A stretch of DNA of 64,000 nucleotides from a virus (IMGVR_UViG_3300024331_000207:1-64000), one strand, 5' to 3'. Counted from the stretch's first letter, positions 39,924 through 47,924 are shown. Made by a program: numbers and translations. The notes: generated by a model from the sequence alone, not told the origin.

Positions 39924-39960
39924 GAGCATCCGCCCCGTCCTCTGTCCGGGGCGGATGCTC
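39924..39960 (+). terminator. 14-bp hairpin
   Basis: GAGCATCCGCCCCG...CGGGGCGGATGCTC. Confidence 0.6.
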
Positions 39961-39977
39961 CTCATTTAAGGAGACAG

Positions 39978-40520
39978 GTGAGCAACTGGTCATGGCCCGC
40001 GTTCCTGCGGGAGATCGAGGCCACCGAGAAATCCTGGATCATCAAGGGCACCAGCCCCGGGCCCGGCATGGTGGGCTGGATACCGCAGCCTCTCGGGCAG
40101 TTCGCGGCGATGCTGATGGATGCCATGGCGGCCTCCCAGGTCAGCCGTCCGGTCTTCCTGGACGCCGGCTCGGGGCCGGGCACCAAGGTGCTGCTGGCGG
40201 CGGCCCTGTTCGGCATCCGCGGCTACGGCATCGAGCTGTCGGCGGACATGGCGCACGCCGCCCAGGCCCGCGGGGCGGACACGCTGATCGCGGACTGCCT
40301 GACCTACGACGGCTACGGGATGGCCGACATCGTGCTGCTCAACCGGCCGGTGGCCGGCCGCCAGGCCGAATGCGAGCAGCGGGTGCGCGACCTGATGCAC
40401 CGCGGCGCCGTCCTGATCCACGTGAACGGGCGCAGCGACCCGGGCACGGACTGGGACTGGGAGCTGGTCAGCCAGGAGTACGGCGAGCCCGTCACCGGCG
40501 TCTGGAGGAAGCCGTCATGA
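39978..40520 (+). CDS. class I SAM-dependent methyltransferase
   Basis: FLDAGSGPG, YGIEL. Confidence 0.75.
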   Translation: MSNWSWPAFLREIEATEKSWIIKGTSPGPGMVGWIPQPLGQFAAMLMDAMAASQVSRPVFLDAGSGPGTKVLLAAALFGIRGYGIELSADMAHAAQARGADTLIADCLTYDGYGMADIVLLNRPVAGRQAECEQRVRDLMHRGAVLIHVNGRSDPGTDWDWELVSQEYGEPVTGVWRKPS

Positions 40521-40670
40521 CCCGCGAAACCGGCGTCTGCATCCTGTGCGGCCACTTCTACGAGGGCGCCGGTGGCGACGAGGCGGAGGCGGAGCACCTG
40601 GCCAGCGCGCACGGCCTGGCCAGGAACGCCGAGGGCCTGCTGTACCCGCTGCCGCCGGCCGGCTGAAGTA

Positions 40671-40880
40671 TCACCCCTGTCGACCGTGTTCCGCTTCCCA
40701 GTGATCGCGGGCATCTGCGGCGAACTCCCAGAGTTCGATTTCCCCGCACGATTCACCCCAGCGACAACCCTGATACCGGCAGGACACCATGACCCGATTG
40801 TCCTTCACGGAAAGATAGAACTCGGTGTCCTCGCCGCCGAGGGCGTCCACTGCCTGGTCAACGTAGTCGCTCGCGCTCAC
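40671..40880 (-). CDS. hypothetical protein
   Basis: ORF with good codon bias. Confidence 0.5.
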   Translation of the reverse strand: MSASDYVDQAVDALGGEDTEFYLSVKDNRVMVSCRYQGCRWGESCGEIELWEFAADARDHWEAEHGRQG

Positions 40881-40883
40881 TGC

Positions 40884-41138
40884 CTAGGCTGCCTGGTCCA
40901 GCAGCAGTTCGCCGGGCTCGCAGCCCAGCACGATGCACAGCCGGTCGAACGTCTTGACCAGCGGGGCGCGCTTGCCGTTCTCCAGGTGGCTGACCTCCGC
41001 GCGGGAGATCCCCACCTCTTCAGCCAGCTGCGCCTGGGTGAGCCGCACCTTGGTCGTGCGGAGCCTGCGGAGCTTCTCGCCGCTGACGCCGCCGACTGCG
41101 CGGGCTCGGCCGGCCGAGATCTTGGCCGTGTCGGTCAT
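40884..41138 (-). CDS. XRE-family HTH regulator
   Basis: LTQAQLAEEVGISRAEVSHLENGK. Confidence 0.85.
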   Translation of the reverse strand: MTDTAKISAGRARAVGGVSGEKLRRLRTTKVRLTQAQLAEEVGISRAEVSHLENGKRAPLVKTFDRLCIVLGCEPGELLLDQAA

Positions 41139-41340
41139 CTGCGCAGCCTCCTGAAACTATTTAATGTAACGCACGCTCAACGCGGCATGCAAGCACTGTA
41201 TCATAGCTGGCCAGCGGCCAGCTATGCCCCGTCGCCGTCGTCCGCGTACTGGGCAAAGTCGCCAAGGTCCACGACCTGGCCGCGCTCCACACGGGCGAGG
41301 GCCTCGCGGATCGCTGCTGCCAGCTCCTCCGGCATGTCCA

Positions 41341-41670
41341 TCACGCCTCCTGCGACCAGCCGCTGATGTCGAACATGCCGCCCGGCAGCAGCTTAACCGG
41401 CCCGGCCGGCCACAGCCAGTGCGGGACGGGGATGTCCGCGGGATCATCCCAGGAGGCTACCAGCCAGCCCTGCTCCAGCGCCTCGCCGGGATGCTGGTGC
41501 GCCCAGTCGTGGCAGGCGGAGCAGAGGGTCACCTGATTCTCCCACGAGTCGGTGCCGCCCTGGCTGCGCAGCCAGCGATGGTGCACGTGAAGGCAGTCCG
41601 CAGCCCCGCAGCGCGCGCAGTGGCCGTGATCGCGCTCGCGGATCTCTTCCCGCGTGACGGAGCGGCTCAG
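41341..41670 (-). CDS. HNH endonuclease (possible CTG start)
   Basis: ERDHGHCARC...VHHR...GGT...NQVTLCSACH. Confidence 0.7.
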   Translation of the reverse strand: MSRSVTREEIRERDHGHCARCGAADCLHVHHRWLRSQGGTDSWENQVTLCSACHDWAHQHPGEALEQGWLVASWDDPADIPVPHWLWPAGPVKLLPGGMFDISGWSQEA

Positions 41671-41930
41671 TTGCCGCCGCCGCCGTTGCCGTCGTCGGCC
41701 GGTGCCGGGGTGAATACCACTGAAACCTCCTCGCCGAGCCGGTTCACGAACCAGTCAGCTGCGCCCGGGTTCTTGATCGTCATCTGGACCTGGCCGGAAG
41801 GGGTGGCCCTCGCCCAGCCCTTGTTGTGCTCGCCGCGGGAGACCGCCTGCATCTTGACGGTGACGGACTCCGGGTCGTACGAGTTGCGCTCGTAGCCGCT
41901 GATGTAGAACCGGGCCTCGACTGCTGACAT
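41667..41930 (-). CDS. hypothetical phage protein
   Basis: GAAAGG RBS; WARATPSGQVQMTIKNP. Confidence 0.65.
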   Translation of the reverse strand: MSAVEARFYISGYERNSYDPESVTVKMQAVSRGEHNKGWARATPSGQVQMTIKNPGAADWFVNRLGEEVSVVFTPAPADDGNGGGGN

Positions 41931-42228
41931 GGCTGCGCCTTTCGCGATTCGCGATTCGTGAATCCTGCGGGCCTGCGACGGACCTTCAGAGTCAAGCCGA
42001 GCCAGCTTCAGTGTAGCGCCGCGCCTCTCGCTGCCCTGCTACACCCACGGCGTGTCCGCGCGATCGACAGGGCCGGCCGGCACGCGCCCCTGCGCCTGCG
42101 GGCAGGCCTCATCCCACTGGCGCTGCAGGTCCGCCATCCTGGCGTCCCATTCCGGGGTATGCGCGACTCCGGCGGCTACCTCGATCCGGTAGCGCGCGAG
42201 CGTGTAAATCTCTGCCGGATACATGCGG

Positions 42229-42522
42229 TCAGGCAGCCTGGCCGTCACGCTCGCGGCGCGCCTCGGCGGCCTGGCGCCGCGCAGTCTCCTGCTGGTTCTC
42301 GCGCTTGCGCACGGGAGCCTCGCCGCGCGTCCAGCCCATCTCGGCGCGGATGCGGTCCGCCCAGCGGCGGGCGTCGGCCTTCGGCGGCCCCGTGGGCCGC
42401 TTGTACTGCGGGGGATGGGGCGGCCAGGGGCCGGGCTCGGTGACCTCCTGGCGGTCGCAGTGGCGCGCGATATGGCCCAGCCCACCGCAGGCGAAGCAGC
42501 GAAACGGCTCGTCGTCATACAT
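42229..42522 (-). CDS. CCHC zinc-knuckle protein
   Basis: CFACGGLGHIARHC fits CX2CX4HX4C; GGAGG RBS. Confidence 0.7.
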   Translation of the reverse strand: MYDDEPFRCFACGGLGHIARHCDRQEVTEPGPWPPHPPQYKRPTGPPKADARRWADRIRAEMGWTRGEAPVRKRENQQETARRQAAEARRERDGQAA

Positions 42523-42614
42523 GGTGTGCGTCCTCCCGTCAGGCTCGCGTCAACTGTCTGATACCCACTATATCCGGGGAAATCCAGGAGCGAGCCGCAC
42601 AGGCGGAAAGTGCA

Positions 42615-42731
42615 GGTCAGGGGCGGTCGGGGAAGGCACGTCGGCGCGGGCAGGGTGGGGCCGGGAAGGCTCGGGCCGGGCAGGGGCGGGTAGTCGGGAC
42701 GGCGTGGTTTGGCTAGCCATCTACAGGCGTC
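42615..42731 (-). repeat. GGNNN pentamer array D (5+10+4 pentamers, GTC-delimited) with terminal hairpin
   Basis: 42615-42639, 42643-42692, 42696-42715, then GCC-atctaca-GGC GTC; TACACT on - at 42738-42743. Confidence 0.85.
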
Positions 42732-42769
42732 GCAGCCAGTGTAGCGCTGAGTGCACCAGGGGAATTAGG

Positions 42770-42802
42770 CGGGGGCCCGCCCCTATCCGTGGACGGGCCC
42801 CC
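42770..42802 (-). terminator. hairpin after the tRNA-like cluster
   Basis: GGGGGCCCG...CGGGCCCCC. Confidence 0.55.
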
Positions 42803-42873
42803 TGGTGTCAGCGGGAGTTGAACCCGCAACCTACGGCTTAACCGGCCGTCGCGCTGCCCAATTGCGCTATGAC
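42803..42873 (-). tRNA. degenerate tRNA-like gene (GTT anticodon, 4-bp acceptor stem, ACCA end)
   Basis: GTCA TA GCGC AATTGGGCA GCGC G ACGGC CGGTTAA GCCGT AGGTT GCGGG TTCAACT CCCGC TGAC ACCA. Confidence 0.6.
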
Positions 42874-42881
42874 GATTGGTT

Positions 42882-43104
42882 CCGCCTCTTCTGCATCGCC
42901 CGGCCGGCCCTGCGGGTCAGTCGCGGCAGCGGCGCTCTGCCTTTAAGCTAGCCCTCCGCGTGGAGGAGGGCCCCGGACTCGAACCGGGATCTCCTGTGCC
43001 TTGCCTGCGGCCCGGCGGGCGAAAAGCGGTGACCTGAAGTCTGCGAGCGACGAATCCGAACCTGTGGCTGAGTGCGGCTCTTCCGAGTCTGAGGTCTGTG
43101 CTCG
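42882..43104 (-). ncRNA. circularly permuted tRNA-mimic RNA (YrlA-like topology) with a repeat-rich leader
   Basis: T arm CCCGG-TTCGAGT-CCGGG, then GCCCTCC-TCCACGC-GGAGGGC closed acceptor, then D arm GCTT-AAAGGCA-GAGC, with long flanking stem; TAGTAT on - at 43111-43116. Confidence 0.7.
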
Positions 43105-43123
43105 TATCACATACTACACAGGC

Positions 43124-43160
43124 GAGCGGCCCCCCGCACCCAATAAACGGGGGGCCGCTC
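43124..43160 (-). terminator. hairpin after 43187-43954
   Basis: GAGCGGCCCCC...GGGGGCCGCTC. Confidence 0.6.
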
Positions 43161-43186
43161 TCATCCCGGGCACGTCTGCCCGAGGC

Positions 43187-43954
43187 TCAGGGGCGCAGCC
43201 ACCAGTCGAACAGCGTCCGGCCCTCGCTGTAATCCTCCACCACCGCCGTGTTGGCCTCCTCGCGGGCGTACTTTACCGCCTCGCGCAGCTGCGCCAGCCG
43301 GTCCAGCAGCTGCCGCTTGCGCCGGGCGGTGACCGCGCCGGAGTACTTCACCGTGGTCCAGTAGCCGACCACCTCCTGGCGCTGCCGCACCTCCACCCTC
43401 GGCTCCACGAGCAGGCCCTCGATCACCTGGGCCTTGACCAGCTCGTGATTGAACAGGACGGTGTCCTCGCTGGTCGTCTCGGTGCCCGGGGTGCGGTACT
43501 GGCCCTCCTCGGTGTCGGAGTCGCTCCAGCTCTCGGTCGCGTCGAGCACCGGCAGCCGCAGCGCGAAGGAGTACAGCTCCGCCAGCCGCCCCTCCAGGAA
43601 GATCAGGTGATCGGTCGGCACCTGCGTCAGCAGCGTCTCGCCGTCCACCGTCACGTCGCCGCGGGCGCTCATCTTCGCCTCATCCAGCGTCCGGGTCACG
43701 TCCAGCTGACGGGTGAGCAGCTGGCGGACGTCCTCCAGCACGCCGGCCACGGTCACCTGTACGGGCTTGTGCTGCGCGGGCCGCTGCAGCGGGGCCGGCT
43801 GGCCGGGCCGCGGCTCGGCGCGGGGCTGGTAGGTCTTGCTGATGCCCGTGGTCAGCTCGGGCGAGGAGACGGCCTGGCCGAGCACGTCCATCCGGGCGTT
43901 AACGTCCGCCTTGACGCCGCCGACGACGGCAAGAATCTGGGAGATGCGAGTCAT
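43187..43954 (-). CDS. conserved hypothetical coiled-coil protein, leaderless
   Basis: GISKTYQP, VP..HLIFLE, VGYWTTVKYSGA, AVKYAREEAN; GCGCTACATT-N6-ATG. Confidence 0.8.
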   Translation of the reverse strand: MTRISQILAVVGGVKADVNARMDVLGQAVSSPELTTGISKTYQPRAEPRPGQPAPLQRPAQHKPVQVTVAGVLEDVRQLLTRQLDVTRTLDEAKMSARGDVTVDGETLLTQVPTDHLIFLEGRLAELYSFALRLPVLDATESWSDSDTEEGQYRTPGTETTSEDTVLFNHELVKAQVIEGLLVEPRVEVRQRQEVVGYWTTVKYSGAVTARRKRQLLDRLAQLREAVKYAREEANTAVVEDYSEGRTLFDWWLRP

Positions 43955-44036
43955 TGTCACAATGTAGCGCCCATGTGTGGTGCAAGCGCAACCGGTTTTG
44001 CGTTATCCCGCGGGAGGGCGGGCTAGGCTCACAGCC

Positions 44037-44321
44037 ATGACTCAGATGCCGAGCGTGGGCCGCATCGTCCATTACGTCAGCTATAGCACGCCGGGCGGTG
44101 AGTACAAGAGCGAGTGCCGCGCAGCGATCATTACGGCTGTTGAGGCCGGCGGCGGCACGGTCATCCCTGAGACCGTCTCCCTCGCCGTCCTCAACCCGAC
44201 AGGGATGTTCTTCAATGAAGGCGTCCGCTACGACAAGGGTCCGGACGAGGGCATCGGCACCAATCTCTGCGGCGGCATCCTTTACCTGGGCGGCACCTGG
44301 CACTGGCCGGAGCGCGTGTGA
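44037..44321 (+). CDS. hypothetical phage protein (PSVGRIVHY family), leaderless
   Basis: TAGGCT-N7-ATG; PSVGRIVHYV, AAIITAV, GTWHWPER. Confidence 0.75.
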   Translation: MTQMPSVGRIVHYVSYSTPGGEYKSECRAAIITAVEAGGGTVIPETVSLAVLNPTGMFFNEGVRYDKGPDEGIGTNLCGGILYLGGTWHWPERV

Positions 44322-44424
44322 TGGCCGAGCATGCGTAACCGCCGGTACGACGGGGAGACCGCAGTCTGCGGCAAGTGCGGCACCGTCTACCTCAAGCGCA
44401 ACGGGCACAGCTGCTGAGGCCGCG

Positions 44425-44799
44425 TCAAGAGCCAGCCGTCCCGTTAAGCCCCGCGGTCCGCTCGCGCATCCTCGCGTCCAGCTTCGCCTTCGCCGCGAGG
44501 TACTCGGGCGTAGGAGGAGTCGTTGCCGCTCCCAGCTCCCGCCGCGACGACTCCGCGATGGCCTCCGCGGGCGTCCGCTCGTACGGCTTAGCGCGCGAGG
44601 CGGCACCCTCCCGGATGATGTCCGAGACATCGACGTAAGCCTGCCTGCGCTTGACTTTTTTGGCCGCACTACGGGCCGCCGCGTAGTCCAGGTCCCCCGC
44701 CACTTCGTACCAGGCAAGAGCGGTCGCCCGGTCAATCTTCTGCGACGGGCAGAGCACGGCGATGAACCGCGTCAGGTCGACCATTTCTTCCAGCGTCAT
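44425..44799 (-). CDS. helicase loader/inhibitor-like replication protein
   Basis: follows initiator-like gene; AWYEVAGDLDYAAARSA. Confidence 0.5.
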   Translation of the reverse strand: MTLEEMVDLTRFIAVLCPSQKIDRATALAWYEVAGDLDYAAARSAAKKVKRRQAYVDVSDIIREGAASRAKPYERTPAEAIAESSRRELGAATTPPTPEYLAAKAKLDARMRERTAGLNGTAGS

Positions 44800-45325
44800 C
44801 CTTGCCGTCCTTCCTGTTCCGGTCGAATTCCCGCGCGTACTGGCGCAGCTGATCCCACTCTTCGGGAGCAGGCTGGCTGCCCGGCCGCGCGGGCGTGCGC
44901 TGCGTGCCGCGCGAGAGGTCTTCGTCGGCCTTGCGCATCCAGTTGCGCCACGCTGCGGTCCAGTCACGCTTGACAGCCCTGGAGCCCGACGCGCTGCGCC
45001 AGTGGTCCCGGAACTTCTCCGTTTCCGTCAGCCCGCGGCCGGCGGCGACGAGGCCGGGGACGTGATCGCGGGCCCACTGCGCCATCGCCGGGGTGACGGC
45101 GAAGTCATCGGGGAGACGGCAGGCGCGGGCTGACGGCCTCGCCGGCGTGGCGCGGGCCGCCCGTTTCGCGGGCACGGTGCGAGCCGGCTGCGAGCACGCG
45201 GTTTCGAGTATGACCAGGATCTGCCCGTTCAGCGAACGGCGCTCCGTCGCGGCCAGTGACGCCAGGGCCTCGTGAAGCCCGGCGGGCAGACGCAGGTGCA
45301 GGCTTGCCCGGGCAGGTTCACTCAT
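44732..45325 (-). CDS. Arc-like ribbon-helix-helix fused to a replication-initiator C-terminal domain
   Basis: LHLRLPAGLHEAL...ERRSLNGQI; LPDDF, EKFRDHW, KRDWTAAWRNWMRKA. Confidence 0.7.
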   Translation of the reverse strand: MSEPARASLHLRLPAGLHEALASLAATERRSLNGQILVILETACSQPARTVPAKRAARATPARPSARACRLPDDFAVTPAMAQWARDHVPGLVAAGRGLTETEKFRDHWRSASGSRAVKRDWTAAWRNWMRKADEDLSRGTQRTPARPGSQPAPEEWDQLRQYAREFDRNRKDGKDDAGRNGRPDAVHRRALPVAED

Positions 45326-45334
45326 GGGGCCATG

Positions 45335-45475
45335 CTAGGCCCAAACTAGGCCCAAATCAATCCCAGATTGGTCTTTTAAAAAATGGGCCCTGAGCTGCGG
45401 AAACGTGCGGCTCTCGCGCGCGCGCAAGCTTCTGCAACCTACCCTCTTTGGTGATGCTTTTAAAAAAGCATCACC
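45335..45475. promoter_or_regulatory. AT-rich control region, candidate replication origin
   Basis: tandem CTAGGCCCAAA x2 (45335-45356), TTTTAAAAAA tracts, palindrome GGTGATGCTTTT-AA-AAAAGCATCACC. Confidence 0.45.
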
Positions 45476-46059
45476 CCGACAAAAAGGTGAAGTTACCGGA
45501 GGCTCTGCGGAGCAGAGCAGACCGGCTATCGCCGGTCCAGCAGGCAAGGCCGCTGCCAGCCCCGGGGACCGCCACGTCCTCCGCCGGGCAACCCTGATTG
45601 AACCCGGGGCCGATTTTCACCTAGCGGGCCCGGGGTGTTTCGGGTTACTATGACCTTGCGCAAGGTATGTGGCTTAGCGTATGGCGCGTTCTAGCGTCTC
45701 CGCAAGCCCCATCTCCCGGCTGGTTACCGGGGACATACGAAGGGCCGGGTCTTATTCAGACCCGGCCCTTCGTCTTCCGCCCGCGGGGGGGGCGCCGGTA
45801 CGCGGCTAGCTCCGGCAGGCCCGGGAAAGATCCGCCGGGCGGGCGACCCCGGGTGCCGCCCCCGGCAAGCGAACCGGCGGCATGCCACGGCACCCGGGCA
45901 GTCCGAGCCTATGTCATCCGTAGCGCACCGTCAACGCACAGTCGGCATGAATCGGGCAGTTTGCCAGCGCGGCTTGCGGTGATGGGGTAGCGTGTCGCCA
46001 AGTGACGGCCGGGATCGCGGGCAAGGCGATCCCGGCCTCGGCAACGAAAGGCACGTGAG

Positions 46060-46632
46060 ATGTTCGCAGCTCTGGCCCTCGCGGCTTACGTAACAGTATC
46101 TCCTGGCAATACCCTGTCCGGCATCGCCTCCCATCACGGAATTACCTGGGAGCAGCTCTGGTACGCCAACTACCGCGAGGTCCGCGACCCAAACCTCATC
46201 TTCCCCGGCGAGAAGCTGGTCATCCCCGCCAGGAACGCCCCGTCCGCCCCGCAGTCCGCGGTGAACAAGTGGGTCTACAGCAGCAACGAGGGCGCGACGG
46301 GACCGGCGGCGCTCCCCTACCACGGCACCGGGACTGTCGTCCACCAGGTCACCGCCGCGGCCCCCACTGCCGCAGCTCCCGTCACGGGCGGAATCCCGGG
46401 CTGGGCGACCTGCATTGTCGCGAGGGAAAGCGGCGGCAACGCGACTGTCGTGAACGCATCCTCTGGGGCGGCCGGGCTCTTTCAAGACCTCCCTAGTACC
46501 TGGGGGGGGTATGACGGGTATGCCACAGCGTCCGAAGCGCCCGTCTCCGTGCAGATCGCGTTCAACCAGATACTGTCGGACTACGGGACTAATCTCAGCC
46601 CGTGGGCCGCGGACGGCTGTCCGGGGACCTAG
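46060..46632 (+). CDS. LysM plus Rpf-like (resuscitation-promoting factor) transglycosylase
   Basis: VSPGNTLSGIA...DPNLIFPGEKL; CIVARESGGN...GLFQ...STW...SPW. Confidence 0.8.
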   Translation: MFAALALAAYVTVSPGNTLSGIASHHGITWEQLWYANYREVRDPNLIFPGEKLVIPARNAPSAPQSAVNKWVYSSNEGATGPAALPYHGTGTVVHQVTAAAPTAAAPVTGGIPGWATCIVARESGGNATVVNASSGAAGLFQDLPSTWGGYDGYATASEAPVSVQIAFNQILSDYGTNLSPWAADGCPGT

Positions 46633-46635
46633 CCG

Positions 46636-46926
46636 GTGAGCAGCAAGGCCGAATGCCCCGGCTGCTCGGCATACCTGTCAGCCATATGGGACGTGATGCA
46701 CGGCGAGAGGTACGACGGCGACTGCTGCCCGTCGTGCGGACTGCCCGGCGGCGTGATACGGGAGGTCGAGCGGGCGCGCAAGGCTCATGCTGACGCCGAA
46801 CTCACCCGCCAGCTTGAGGAGGCCCTTATCCGCGCCGGGAAGGCCGAGGCGGAACGCGACCAGCTGAGAGAATGGCGCACGAGGGTACGCAGCGTGGTCG
46901 CCGAACCTGGCTGCCCGGGGACCTAG
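46636..46926 (+). CDS. hypothetical zinc-finger protein flanked by 18-bp direct repeats
   Basis: CPGC...CPSCG. Confidence 0.55.
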   Translation: MSSKAECPGCSAYLSAIWDVMHGERYDGDCCPSCGLPGGVIREVERARKAHADAELTRQLEEALIRAGKAEAERDQLREWRTRVRSVVAEPGCPGT

Positions 46927-47297
46927 TCCGGCGGCCCTGACAGCTCCCTGATCTCCAGGCTGAACCCCGGCACCCTGCCGGCGCGCGGGTCCGGCCCGAC
47001 GACATGCTTCCTGGAGTCGTCGGGAAGCACGCGGGCGTCCACGATCCCGTCGACACCGCACTTGGCCGTCGGCATCCAGTTCCCGGGATCGAACCTGCGC
47101 GGCACCTGGATGTAGTACAGGATGTGCGCCCACTGCAGGGCCGGCACGTGCTCGGCGCGCGCCAGCCAGCCGAACGTGCGGCGCAGGTCCGCCTTCACCG
47201 CGGCCTTCGCCGCCCAGGAGCCGTGGCTGCCGTTCAGCGACAGCAGCTCCGTGCCCGGCGGCAGGGTCAGCGTCCAGCTGCGGCCGGTGTAGTTCAC
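46923..47297 (-). CDS. rusA: RusA-like Holliday junction resolvase
   Basis: LSLN, RRFDPGN...K..VDGIVDARVLPDDS. Confidence 0.7.
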   Translation of the reverse strand: MNYTGRSWTLTLPPGTELLSLNGSHGSWAAKAAVKADLRRTFGWLARAEHVPALQWAHILYYIQVPRRFDPGNWMPTAKCGVDGIVDARVLPDDSRKHVVGPDPRAGRVPGFSLEIRELSGPPD

Positions 47298-47782
47298 CGG
47301 AGCTGCCAGGAGGCGAGCAGCGCCCGGCCGGCCTCGGGAGTCAGGTGCGTGACGCACGTGGCGCTCCAGCCGCCGGCGCCTGAGTGCACGCTGACGGCCC
47401 GCCCGGCCCGCCATGCCTCCTCCGCGGCCTGCTTTCCGCGGACCGTCTCGGTCAGCTCCCAGTCCTCCAGGCCGGGAATCCAGGCCACTCCCGGCCCCGT
47501 GGTGGCGGGGCGGATCTCCTCCCCGCACAGCGGGCACTCGTACCGCAGCAGCGGCGCGTAGTCGCCGCCGCACTCCTCGCACCAGTGATCCTCGTCGCGG
47601 ACGGCCCGCAGCGTCGGGTAGTGCTCGGCGGCATCGTAGGCGCAGAAATGCGCGTGCCCGGCTTTGTCGGTGTAGCGCCAGTTCCGGTCAAGGTCGTCCA
47701 TGTAATTGACCTGGGTCATCTCCTGGCGGAACGTCAGCCGTGCGCCATCAGGGCCGGAATAGCTCGCGCTCAGCACGGCCAT
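47294..47782 (-). CDS. hypothetical zinc-binding protein
   Basis: CEEC...CPLC; coupled stop and start. Confidence 0.55.
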   Translation of the reverse strand: MAVLSASYSGPDGARLTFRQEMTQVNYMDDLDRNWRYTDKAGHAHFCAYDAAEHYPTLRAVRDEDHWCEECGGDYAPLLRYECPLCGEEIRPATTGPGVAWIPGLEDWELTETVRGKQAAEEAWRAGRAVSVHSGAGGWSATCVTHLTPEAGRALLASWQLR

Positions 47783-47924
47783 TCCAGGGAGGAGTCGCCG
47801 GCGATCCGGCGCAGCTGCGCAAGCAGCTCATCCATGGACTCGCACTCGGTGAACGCGATGCAGATGTCCGCCTCGCGGTTGTGCTCGCCGTCGGAGTAGC
47901 CCTGCTCGTAGTCCGGCAGCCTCC

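Noticed and set aside
42803-42873. attP or integration module
   Set aside because: No integrase in the window; lifestyle cannot be determined
42882-43104. Permuted two-piece tmRNA
   Set aside because: No G3-U70 alanine determinant, a paired D stem, too short, and no tag reading frame seen
45900-46059. c-di-AMP riboswitch upstream of the Rpf-like gene
   Set aside because: Only a simple hairpin is visible; ydaO consensus elements not recognised
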